A DNA stretch of 44,604 nucleotides, taken from NCBI GenBank assembly GCA_000496195.1, contig KI543180.1, forward strand, positions 29,755-74,358, read 5' to 3'. Below, piece by piece: positions 18,052 to 25,526 of the stretch; within the stretch, counting starts at the first letter, position 1, and each line of letters opens with the position of its first letter. The notes below the pieces were generated by a model. It was not told the DNA's origin. It worked only from the letters and a program-made list of their open reading frames with translations, and made no database searches. Source of the stretch: an uncultured archaeon A07HB70 (GTDB lineage Archaea; Halobacteriota; Halobacteria; Halobacteriales; Haloferacaceae). A program made the translations under genes and the position numbers.

Positions 18052-18642
18052 ATGGGAGAGAGTCGCGCCGCCGCGCGGACCAGCGAGACGGCGGAGACAA
18101 GCGTCGAGGTGACGCTGGACGTCGACGGCGACGGCGAGGCCCGCGTCGACACCGGGATCGGATTCTTCGACCACATGCTGATGGCGCTCGCGAAACACGG
18201 CCTGTTCGACCTCACCGTCGACTGCGACGGCGACCTGGAGGTCGACGACCACCACACCGTCGAGGACGTCGCCATCGTCCTCGGCGAGGCGTTCGACGAG
18301 GCCCTCGGCGACCGCCGGGGTATCCGGCGGTTCGCCGACCGTCGGGTGCCGCTGGACGAGGCCGTCGCCGCCGTAGTCCTCGACGTCTCCGGACGCCCCC
18401 ACTTCGAGTTCGAGGGGTCGTTCTCGGCCGAACGGGTCGGCGGGTTCACCGCCGGGATGGCGCCACACTTCGCGCGGTCGCTCGCGACGAACGCCGGGCT
18501 GACGCTCCACCTCGCTGTCGAGGGCGAGAACGCCCACCACGAGGTCGAGGCCGTGTTCAAGTCGCTCGCGCGCGCGCTCGACGACGCGACGCGGGTGGAC
18601 GAACGCCGGAGCGACGCGCCGAGCACGAAGGGCGAACTCTAG
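18052..18642 (+). CDS. hisB: imidazoleglycerol-phosphate dehydratase
   Basis: ATG at 18052 with [27 protein letters not shown] and [18 protein letters not shown]. Confidence 0.92.
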   Translation: MGESRAAARTSETAETSVEVTLDVDGDGEARVDTGIGFFDHMLMALAKHGLFDLTVDCDGDLEVDDHHTVEDVAIVLGEAFDEALGDRRGIRRFADRRVPLDEAVAAVVLDVSGRPHFEFEGSFSAERVGGFTAGMAPHFARSLATNAGLTLHLAVEGENAHHEVEAVFKSLARALDDATRVDERRSDAPSTKGEL

Positions 18643-19049
18643 CGCAGGTACGCCTCGCTCTGGCCGAACGGCTCCAGCGGCGTCTGCTCGCGGAGAAACT
18701 CGTCGAACGCGGCGAGGTCGCCCGGCGGCAGCCCGACGTCCTCGAGACACCGCTCCGCGAACTGCCGCAGCTCGGCGAGCGCCGCGCCGTGCATCCCGCA
18801 GACGCCGGGGTTGAGCCGCGCGAACCGGGAGAGCAGCTCGGTCTTCGGCGTCGGCTCGTCGGGCTTCGCCTCGCCGAGGTGGACGAGTGTCCGCGTGACC
18901 AGCACGGGAACGGCGGCGTCGTCGCGGTAGTGGCGGCTGATCCGGAAGAACCGGTCGGCCCGCGGCGTGGTCTGGAGGCGCCACCCGCCGACGTCTATCT
19001 CGAACCCTCGACGCCGGCCAGCGGGGTCGTGTCGACACAGCCGGGGCAT
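18639..19049 (-). CDS. hypothetical protein (136 aa)
   Basis: Clean high-GC3 ORF. A TATA-like TTATCT lies about 24 nt upstream of the ATG. Its stop shares the CTAG palindrome with the hisB stop. No recognisable motif. Confidence 0.6.
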   Translation of the reverse strand: MPRLCRHDPAGRRRGFEIDVGGWRLQTTPRADRFFRISRHYRDDAAVPVLVTRTLVHLGEAKPDEPTPKTELLSRFARLNPGVCGMHGAALAELRQFAERCLEDVGLPPGDLAAFDEFLREQTPLEPFGQSEAYLR

Positions 19050-19160
19050 CGGCGGACACGTCGGGAGCCCGTCAGATAATCCCCGCGGCCCGCACGACGC
19101 GTGTCGGACGGGCGGCCCGCGACACGACTAAGTCCGGGCCGCCCGACCCGGTTCCAACCA

Positions 19161-19661
19161 GTGTTCGACGAGATCATGGAGAAGTTCGCCGGGAGCCCGG
19201 GCCAGCAGGCGGTGGTCCGTCTCCTCCTGGAGCGGGGGTTCTCGGTCAACGAGGAGGGGCGGGTGGTCTCCGGCGGGATCGAGATCCCCGACACCGGGAT
19301 CGCCCGCGAGGCCGGCGTCGACCGCCGGGTCGTCGACTCGACGGCCGACGCCGTCCGCGACGACCCCGAACTGCGGCGGATCTTCGGCAACATCTCCGCC
19401 ATCCCGAGCCTGATGGACCTCGCGCCGGTGCTCGACCTCTCGGTGCTGACGGTCTGGGTCGAGGACGAGACCCGGCACGGGATCGTCGCGGAGATAACCG
19501 GGCTGCTCGCCGACCGCGAGATGACCATCCGGCAGATCATCAGCGAGGACCCCGAGTTCGCGACGGACCCGAAGCTCTACCTCGTCACCGACGCCCGGCC
19601 GCCGGGTGACCTCCTCGTCGCGGTGCGGGAGCTCCCGTACGTCCGGCGCGTCGAGTTCTGA
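19161..19661 (+). CDS. ACT-domain protein (predicted regulator of amino-acid metabolism, COG2150-like)
   Basis: N-terminal HTH-like segment (QQAVVRLLLERGFSVNEEG...IAREAGVDRRVV) and a C-terminal ACT-like beta-alpha-beta fold (LTVWVEDETRHGIVAEITGLLADREMTIRQI). I prefer GTG 19161; the ORF-track start at 19101 is possible. Confidence 0.72.
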   Translation: MFDEIMEKFAGSPGQQAVVRLLLERGFSVNEEGRVVSGGIEIPDTGIAREAGVDRRVVDSTADAVRDDPELRRIFGNISAIPSLMDLAPVLDLSVLTVWVEDETRHGIVAEITGLLADREMTIRQIISEDPEFATDPKLYLVTDARPPGDLLVAVRELPYVRRVEF

Positions 19662-19715
19662 GGCGGTCGGTCGAACACCGCAGCACTCAACTCCCGGAGC
19701 CGCCCCACGACGCCC

Positions 19716-20330
19716 GTGGGCGAGTCGTTTCGGACCGTCGCCGGTCCCGCCGAGGCGTCGTGGGAGACGCGCGGCTCGCGGTTCACCGGCTACGTCGCGC
19801 CCGCCGGGAGCGTCGAGCCGGCCGAGGCGTTCGTCGCGGCGCGGCGCGAGGAGCATCCGGACGCCACCCACGTCGTCCCGGCCTACCGCGTGCCCGCCGA
19901 CCCCGGCGACGAGCGGGGCCGTCTCCGGGAGTACGCGAACGACGACGGCGAGCCCGGCGGGTCCGCGGGGAAGCCGGCGCTGACCGTCCTCGAGCGGCGC
20001 GAGGTGCGCAACGTCGTCCTCGCGGTGGTGCGCGACCACGGCGGCGTGAACCTCGGTGTCGGGGGGCTGGCGCGGGCGTACGCCCGGAGCGCGAGCGCGG
20101 CACTCGACGCCGCGAGGGTGGTCGAGCGCCGGGCGCGCGAGCGGGTGGCCGCGACCGTCTCGTACGACGACTCGGGGGTCGTCCGGAGCGTCCTGGAGTC
20201 GGTCGACGTGCCGTTCGAGGCCGACTACGACGCGGAGGTGCGGTTCGTCGCCCGCCCGCCCGCCGACGAGGCCGCTGCCCTGCGCGACCGGCTCCGGAGC
20301 GCGACGAGCGGCCGGGTGCGCCTGTCGTGA
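19716..20330 (+). CDS. IMPACT/YigZ-family protein (UPF0029)
   Basis: 204 aa with a GTG start. Contains SRFTGYVAP...HVVPAYRV...DDGEPGGSAGKPAL..L......NVVLAVVRDHGGVNLGVGGL.RAY. Confidence 0.8.
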   Translation: MGESFRTVAGPAEASWETRGSRFTGYVAPAGSVEPAEAFVAARREEHPDATHVVPAYRVPADPGDERGRLREYANDDGEPGGSAGKPALTVLERREVRNVVLAVVRDHGGVNLGVGGLARAYARSASAALDAARVVERRARERVAATVSYDDSGVVRSVLESVDVPFEADYDAEVRFVARPPADEAAALRDRLRSATSGRVRLS

Positions 20331-20331
20331 G

Positions 20332-21006
20332 TCAGTCCGTCCCGAACGCCCGGTCGCCGGCGTCGCCGAGGCCGGGGACGATGAAGCCGTGGTCGTCGAG
20401 ACGGTCGTCGACCGCGACGGTCAGGCACGTGACGTCGGGAGCGGCCTCGGCGACGCGGGCGAGGCCCTCCGGCGCGGCGACGGCGGCGAGGACGGCGGTC
20501 CGGCGCGGCGTCCCCGCCGCGGCCACCCGGTCGAGCACCGCACAGAGCGTCGACCCCGTCGCGAGCATCGGGTCCGCGACCACGACGGTGTCGGCTGGCC
20601 CTATCTCCGGCAGCTTCACGTAGTCGACCTCGACCGGAAAGGAGCCGTCGGGGCGCCGCGCGGACTCGTCGCGGCTGGCGCTCACCATCCCCTGTCGCGC
20701 CTCCGGAAACACCCGGAGCAGGCCGTCGACGAACGGCGCCGCGGCCCGGAGGACGGTGACCAGCACTACGTCTCCGGCGCCGTCGACGGCGACGCCCGTC
20801 GTCTCCGCGAGCGGCGTCTGTACCGTCCGTTCGCGCCCGCCGAAGAGTTCCTCGACGAGCACCGTCCCGCAGACGTGGCCCAGCCGCCTCAGGCTCTCGC
20901 GGAAGGCGACGTGGCCGGTGCTCTCGTCGCGCAGTTCGGTCAGTGTCGCCCGCGCCAGCGGGTGGGCGACGACCTGTGCGTCGCCCCGGTCTTCGAGCGG
21001 CATCAC
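20332..21006 (-). CDS. upp: uracil phosphoribosyltransferase
   Basis: 224 aa. PRPP loop is VVVADPMLATGST and the C-terminus is IVPGLGDAGDRAFG. Confidence 0.9.
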   Translation of the reverse strand: MMPLEDRGDAQVVAHPLARATLTELRDESTGHVAFRESLRRLGHVCGTVLVEELFGGRERTVQTPLAETTGVAVDGAGDVVLVTVLRAAAPFVDGLLRVFPEARQGMVSASRDESARRPDGSFPVEVDYVKLPEIGPADTVVVADPMLATGSTLCAVLDRVAAAGTPRRTAVLAAVAAPEGLARVAEAAPDVTCLTVAVDDRLDDHGFIVPGLGDAGDRAFGTD

Positions 21007-21042
21007 AGACCGGGCACGGGCAGGGGACTAAAGCCCGGCGCG

Positions 21043-21225
21043 TCAGCGCACGACGACGAGGTAGGTGAGCAAGGTGAACACGAGCGCCAGCCCCACGACG
21101 CCCCGGGGCGTGAACGGCACCGTCGTCGCGAGACTCAGCCCCCAGAGGAGGAGTGCGGCGAACGCCGTCGACAGGGCGACGTTCATCACGAACAGCACGC
21201 GGGGGTCGCCAGGCGAGTCGGTCAC
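21043..21225 (-). CDS. small two-helix membrane protein (about 47-60 aa)
   Basis: Only the C-terminal part of ORF 21043..21402 looks real (MNVALSTAFAALLLWGLSLATTVPFTPRGVVGLALVFTLLTYLVVVR). Candidate starts are GTG 21225 or ATG 21186. An AT-rich divergent promoter lies at 21246-21259. Confidence 0.4.
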   Translation of the reverse strand: MTDSPGDPRVLFVMNVALSTAFAALLLWGLSLATTVPFTPRGVVGLALVFTLLTYLVVVR

Positions 21226-21281
21226 ACGCGCCGTACGGACGCCGGGATTAGGTTCTTTTGCCGAGCGGCCCAACTGACCTC

Positions 21282-21599
21282 GTGTTCCACAACCGCGACG
21301 GCGAGGCCGTCGACCCGTGGCCGTTCGTCGCCGTCGCGGGCACGGGCGTCCTGCCCGTCCTCTCGTTCGGGCCGCTCTACCTGACGGCCCTGGGCCTCTC
21401 ACTCTCGCCCGCGATCGGCGTCTGCCTCGCGGTCAGCGCCGCGGTCGTCGCCGGCGCCTACCACCGCCTCGTCTACGCCCGTCGGCCCGGCGTGGCCGGG
21501 GCCGCGGGCGACCGGTTCGCGCGGCTGTTCTACGCGGCGCTCGTCCTCGTCGGCGTCCTCGCCCTCCTCGCGCTGCCGCTCCTCGGTCGGAGCCTTTAG
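21282..21599 (+). CDS. hypothetical membrane protein (about 105 aa, 3 TM)
   Basis: Hydrophobic ORF. I prefer GTG 21282, about 23 nt after the AT-rich GATTAGGTTCTTTT box, over the TTG at 21258. Confidence 0.55.
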   Translation: MFHNRDGEAVDPWPFVAVAGTGVLPVLSFGPLYLTALGLSLSPAIGVCLAVSAAVVAGAYHRLVYARRPGVAGAAGDRFARLFYAALVLVGVLALLALPLLGRSL

Positions 21600-21624
21600 C
21601 ACGGTCGGCGCGCACCGCTCCGGC

Positions 21625-22040
21625 GTGCGCGAGGCCGCCGTCGAGCGCGTCCTGTCGGCGTCGCCGCCCGTCGTCCGGCGACGGCTCGACCCGGCGACGC
21701 TCGTCGAGTACGAGGGCAGCTTCGACGTCGTCGGCGTCGCCGAGGACGGCGGGGACACGGTGGTCCACGCCGCCGCCGCCGGTCTCGAGCTCTCGCTCCG
21801 CTTTCGGCCCAGCGAGGACGGCTACTACTACACACAGGAGGGCGACGCCGGGCCGTTCGACGCGATGGAGACGTGGGTGACGGTCGCTCCCGCAGACGGG
21901 GGTCGGGAACCCGCGTCTGCCTCCGCTCGCGGGTGAGCCTCGGCCTCCCGCTCGCCGGGCTCACCGACCGCGTCGCGGCGTGGAAGCGCCGCGGCGAGCT
22001 CGAGCGGGCGCTGGACCGCATCGCCGACGACGCCGCGTGA
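21625..22040 (+). pseudogene. small alpha/beta protein gene (possibly SRPBCC/START-like) interrupted by a 1-nt frameshift
   Basis: Frame 1 (21625..21936) reads ...METWVTVAPADGG and then degenerates into REPASASARG*. The adjacent frame from about 21903 reads SGTRVCLRSRVSLGLPLAGLTDRVAAWKRRGELERALDRIADDAA* ending at 22040. The total span is 416 nt (not a multiple of 3). The shift occurs at a G5 run (21898-21902). Confidence 0.6.
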
Positions 22041-22105
22041 CGGTCGTGCGGCGAGGACGCAGGAGCGGAGCGGGTTTTACACCGGAGACGTGTCTTCCGA
22101 GGGAC

Positions 22106-22321
22106 ATGGGACTGTTCGGTACACTCAGGGACACGCTCGCGGCGTCGACGTCGACGACGGGCCGGAACAGCCGCGAGTCGGAGGGTGCGTACTGGTGTCA
22201 CGACTGCGACGAGCGCGTGCTGGACCTAGACGTCGAGGGCGACGAGCCGCCGACCTGTGACGGCTGCGGCGAGGAGATGGAGTTCGAGCGCTCGACCTCG
22301 TCGACCGGCTGCGCCTGCTAG
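22106..22321 (+). CDS. small zinc-ribbon protein (71 aa)
   Basis: ATG at 22106 gives MGLFGTLRD...YWCHDCDERV...PPTCDGCGEEMEFERSTSSTGCAC, with two CxxC pairs plus a C-terminal CAC. The upstream part of the 113-aa ORF is Arg-rich shadow. Confidence 0.6.
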   Translation: MGLFGTLRDTLAASTSTTGRNSRESEGAYWCHDCDERVLDLDVEGDEPPTCDGCGEEMEFERSTSSTGCAC

Positions 22322-23520
22322 GGCGCGAACGTCGCCGACTCGCCGTCCTCGGCTGGATACCGTTCCGCGCCCTCGACGCTCGCGCCCGGGTCGACGAGAC
22401 AGCCGTCGAGCGCGTCGGTCAGCGCCGACTCGTTCAGCTCCTGCCCGATGAACACCAGCTCTGTCTGCCGGTCGCCCGCCGTCTCGTCCCAGTCCACGTC
22501 CGAGCGGTTGGCGCGGTAGAGCTCCCGGTCGGCCTCTGGCAGGCTCGCGATCCACCGCCCGTTCGCCTCGACGCGAACCGACGGCCCGGCCTGGCTGTAC
22601 TCGAGGCGGACGTCGTCGCGTCCGGCGACCCACGCGGTTCCCTTCGACCGGACGACGGCGTCCGGGAGGTCCGAAGCCAGTGCGGCGAACCGCTCGGGGT
22701 GGAGGGGTCGGCGACGGCGGTAGACGAACGAGTCGACGCCGTACTCCTCCTCCGGATGGCTGTGGCCGTCCTCGTGTCCGTGCCCGTGCTCCTCGGAGCT
22801 CGGGGTCCCGTGGTCGAACAGCCCGCGGTCGAGCACCCGGTCGGGGTCGACGGCGGAGAACGTCGTCTCGGCAGTCTCGGCGCCGGGGCGGAGCGCAGCG
22901 ACCGTCTCCCGGACGGTCCGGCGCTCGTCGTCGTCGACGAGGTCGGTCTTGTTCAGCACCACGACGTCTGCGAACTCGACCTGTTCGACGAGGAGGTCGG
23001 AGAGCGGTCGCGGCTCGTCGCCGTCGTCGCCGACCCCCTCTGCGGGCGTCTCCCCGGCGACGTCGCGGTCGGCGAGAGCGTCGTGGAACTGCCGCGCGTC
23101 GACGACGGTGACGACGGCGTCGACGTCGTACAGCGCCGCCGCCGACGACCCGCGGTCGAACAGGGTCGCGACGGGCTCGGGTTCGCTGATGCCCGACGGC
23201 TCGACGACGAGGTGCGAGAAGCGCCGCTCGCGGGCCAGCCGGACCACCGCCCGCTCGAGGTCGCCGCGGAGCTCACAGCAGATACAGCCGTTCGACAGCT
23301 CCGCGACGCGGCCCGTGTCCGGCCCCGTGCCGCGGCTCACCAGGTCGGCGTCGACGTTCACCTCGCCCATGTCGTTGACGAGCACCGCGACGTCGCGGCT
23401 ACCCGCGGTCTCGAGCAGGTGGTTGAGCAGTGTCGTCTTGCCGGCCCCGAGGCTCCCGCTGAGGACCGTCACGGGCGTCGCGCTGGTCACGCAAGTCTGG
23501 AGGGCCGCCCCGGTCTTCAA
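22318..23520 (-). CDS. COG0523/CobW-family G3E GTPase (putative metallochaperone)
   Basis: 400 aa. Walker A is GSLGAGKTT and the metal motif is GCICC. A His-rich linker reads EEHGHGHEDGHSHPEEE, followed by a CobW C-terminal-like domain. The start could be a few codons downstream (GTG). Confidence 0.9.
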   Translation of the reverse strand: MKTGAALQTCVTSATPVTVLSGSLGAGKTTLLNHLLETAGSRDVAVLVNDMGEVNVDADLVSRGTGPDTGRVAELSNGCICCELRGDLERAVVRLARERRFSHLVVEPSGISEPEPVATLFDRGSSAAALYDVDAVVTVVDARQFHDALADRDVAGETPAEGVGDDGDEPRPLSDLLVEQVEFADVVVLNKTDLVDDDERRTVRETVAALRPGAETAETTFSAVDPDRVLDRGLFDHGTPSSEEHGHGHEDGHSHPEEEYGVDSFVYRRRRPLHPERFAALASDLPDAVVRSKGTAWVAGRDDVRLEYSQAGPSVRVEANGRWIASLPEADRELYRANRSDVDWDETAGDRQTELVFIGQELNESALTDALDGCLVDPGASVEGAERYPAEDGESATFAP

Positions 23521-23592
23521 CGTCCCGGCGGGAGCACAGCCGTGTCACGGGCAACACGTCTCCCGGTCGGGCGGCGACGGGGCGACCACCTG

Positions 23593-24363
23593 CTACGTGT
23601 CCGGTCTCACGCCGTCGCGGTCGTCGGCTGTCGGCGCGAGCGTGAGTTCGGCCCAGCGCGCGCAGAGCCAGCCGACCGCGTTCAGCACGTTCAGCCCGGC
23701 GAGCAGGACAGCCGCTCCGAGGACCGACACGGCGACCGCCTCCGGCAGCGTCGTGACCGTCCACGACGTGAGCCGGACGACGAACGAGAGGCCGACCTCG
23801 AACTGCTCCCACGGGACGACGACCGACAGCTCTCGCGTGGTCGGCTCGGGCAGGGACACGCCGGCGGAGACGCCCGGCGCGTCGTAGTACAGCGGCGCCG
23901 CAAGCAGCGACAGGGAGACGGTGAACACGACCGTCAGCAGCGTGAAGGCCGCGACGCCGACGAGCAGCTTCGAGAGGACGAACACCAGCGCACCCCACAC
24001 GGCGACGTCGGTCAGGAAGGCGACGGTACGGTCCCACGGTCCGGTGACCTGCGTCACCTGCCACTCCTGGTCGGTCACGTCGGCGCCGAGGAGGTGGTGG
24101 GCGAGCAGCCGTTCGCCGGCGGCGACGACGGCCACGCCGCCGAGCGTCGCCGCGACGACCGGCAGCCCGACCACCAGCACCGACAGGCCGAGGCCGACCG
24201 AGAGCCCGACCGTCGTCCCGACGAAGTAGACGAGCCCCAGCGGAAACGCCAGCGCGAGATACACGAGCGTGCCGTACGTCCGCGCGCGGAGCGGAGCAAG
24301 CAGGGCGTCACGGGCCGTCGGTCGGGCCAGCCGACCGGTCGACAGCACGTCGCCGGGGACCAT
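23593..24363 (-). CDS. polytopic membrane protein, 'putative sensor'-like (paralogue 1)
   Basis: 256 aa with about 5 TM. Shares blocks TY..L.YL.LAFPLG..Y, PLYYDAPGV and TL.EAVA....GL.VLN.V with the ORF at 25527..26213. From memory it resembles the membrane sensor module found N-terminal to some actinobacterial histidine kinases; this is unverified. Confidence 0.75.
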   Translation of the reverse strand: MVPGDVLSTGRLARPTARDALLAPLRARTYGTLVYLALAFPLGLVYFVGTTVGLSVGLGLSVLVVGLPVVAATLGGVAVVAAGERLLAHHLLGADVTDQEWQVTQVTGPWDRTVAFLTDVAVWGALVFVLSKLLVGVAAFTLLTVVFTVSLSLLAAPLYYDAPGVSAGVSLPEPTTRELSVVVPWEQFEVGLSFVVRLTSWTVTTLPEAVAVSVLGAAVLLAGLNVLNAVGWLCARWAELTLAPTADDRDGVRPDT

Positions 24364-24411
24364 CGCCTCGGAGACGGCATACCGGTTCGAGCGTCATAAC
24401 ACCCCTCCTCG

Positions 24412-24431
24412 TCCCCGGCCGACGCCGGGGA
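24412..24431. promoter_or_regulatory. perfect palindrome TCCCCGGC-CGAC-GCCGGGGA in the divergent sensor/wHTH intergenic region
   Basis: 8-bp arms with a 4-nt spacer, abutting the TATA-like ATACTATA (24431-24438) that precedes the wHTH gene. Confidence 0.4.
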
Positions 24432-24438
24432 TACTATA
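24431..24438 (+). promoter_or_regulatory. TATA-like box ATACTATA for the wHTH operon
   Basis: Lies about 26 nt upstream of ATG 24465 (leaderless-type spacing). Confidence 0.4.
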
Positions 24439-24464
24439 CCCTGTCGGCCGTGAGGCGCGTGCGG

Positions 24465-24821
24465 ATGGCCCCCGAGCAGGCGGTCGACGACCGGGAGGTG
24501 TACTCGCTGCTCGACGACGAGTACGCCCGGCAGATCCTCGTCGAGACGTACGAAGACACCCGGTCGGCGGCGGCGCTGAGCGAGGCCTGTGACGCCTCCG
24601 AGGCGACGGTCTACCGCCGCCTCGACCGGCTTCGCGACCAGAACCTCGTCGAGGGTGTACAGCGAATCGACCCCGGTGGCGGCCACCGCGAGGTGTACGC
24701 CGCCCGGCTGAGCCACGTCTCGGTCGACCTGACCGCGGAGGGGTTCGACCTCGACGTCGACTACGCCGACGAGACGGCTGCCGACCGGCTCACGCGGCTG
24801 TACGAGGAGCTGTCGGGATGA
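24465..24821 (+). CDS. winged-helix transcription regulator (ArsR/TrmB-like wHTH)
   Basis: Contains EVYSLLDDEYARQILVETYEDTRSAAALSEACDASEATVYRRLDRLRDQNLV. ATG 24465 lies about 26 nt after a TATA-like ATACTATA box, so I prefer it over the in-frame GTG at 24450. Confidence 0.8.
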   Translation: MAPEQAVDDREVYSLLDDEYARQILVETYEDTRSAAALSEACDASEATVYRRLDRLRDQNLVEGVQRIDPGGGHREVYAARLSHVSVDLTAEGFDLDVDYADETAADRLTRLYEELSG

Positions 24822-25153
24822 CCCGTGTGTCTGCCCCGCTCTGGACGCTGCCCGCGCAGGTCGACGCGGTCGGGGGGAGTCCGGCTCTCGCCGCCGTCAC
24901 GGTCGCCGCGTTCGGGCTCACGGTCCTGCTCGCGGTGTTCGTCACCTACCGGTTCGCGCGGGGCTACCTGCGAACGCGACGCCGGCCGATGCTGTATCTC
25001 ACCGTCGGACTGCTGCTGCTCGCCCCGCTGCCGATGTTCCTCCGGCTGCTGCTGGGCAACGTCGCGCTCGTCACGGACGCGGGGCGCACGCTCGTCGTGA
25101 CGGCGAGCAAGCTGTGTGGCCTCGTCGTCATCCTCGGGGTGGTGTACCGGTGA
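24818..25153 (+). CDS. small membrane protein (111 aa, about 3 TM), paralogue A
   Basis: Its ATG overlaps the wHTH stop (ATGA). The basic loop YRFARGYLRTRRRP is followed by MLYLTVGLLLLAPLP. Confidence 0.7.
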   Translation: MTRVSAPLWTLPAQVDAVGGSPALAAVTVAAFGLTVLLAVFVTYRFARGYLRTRRRPMLYLTVGLLLLAPLPMFLRLLLGNVALVTDAGRTLVVTASKLCGLVVILGVVYR

Positions 25154-25422
25154 GCCTCGCGCTGCTCGCGACCGCCGGCGGCGTGGCGACCGCCTCGCTC
25201 GGCGCCTTCGTCGCGTACCTCTCGTACGACGGCTACCGCCGCAACGACAGCGAGACGATGCTCCTGCTGGCCGTCGGCGTCGTCTGTATCGCGGTGCTGC
25301 CCTACCTGGTCACCTACGCGGTGACGCCACTGCTGGGCCTCTCCGACGCCGCGACGGTCCTGTCTGTCACGCTCGCCCACCTCGCCGGCCTCGCCGCGCT
25401 CGCCCGGTCGGTCACGGGCTGA
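25150..25422 (+). CDS. small membrane protein (90 aa, about 3 TM), paralogue B
   Basis: Its GTG overlaps the upstream stop (GTGA). It aligns with the preceding protein (FVAYLSYDGYRRNDSETMLLLAVGVVCIAVLPY versus FVTYRFARGYLRTRRRPMLYLTVGLLLLAPLPM). Confidence 0.65.
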   Translation: MSLALLATAGGVATASLGAFVAYLSYDGYRRNDSETMLLLAVGVVCIAVLPYLVTYAVTPLLGLSDAATVLSVTLAHLAGLAALARSVTG

Positions 25423-25444
25423 CCCGGCGGCGGCCAGATCGCCG

Positions 25445-25456
25445 TATATAAAATTT
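25445..25456 (+). promoter_or_regulatory. strong AT-rich TATA-like box TATATAAAATTT
   Basis: The most AT-rich 12-mer I noticed in the window. It lies about 70 nt upstream of ATG 25527, which is itself preceded by GGAGGAG. Confidence 0.55.
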
Positions 25457-25526
25457 GTCGTCAGTTGCCGGCTCGGAAGCGGTTGCGCGCCTATACGTAC
25501 CGACGCCGACACGGAGGAGACGAAGC

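Noticed and set aside
22699-24399. 566-aa plus ORF, and similar long shadows (26259..27458 minus, 35703..37913 minus, 36605..38416 plus, 42642..44219 plus, 30148..31611 plus)
   Set aside because: All are antisense or out-of-frame relative to genes with clear motifs, and all have Arg-, Pro- or Ser-dominated composition. Long spurious ORFs are expected when stop codons are rare in GC-rich DNA.
25441-25460. AT-rich islands (25445-25456, 31183-31195, 39477-39482, 12773-12779) as possible insertion scars or mobile-element ends
   Set aside because: Each is only 6-13 nt long and sits at promoter distance upstream of a start codon. None has flanking direct or inverted repeats.
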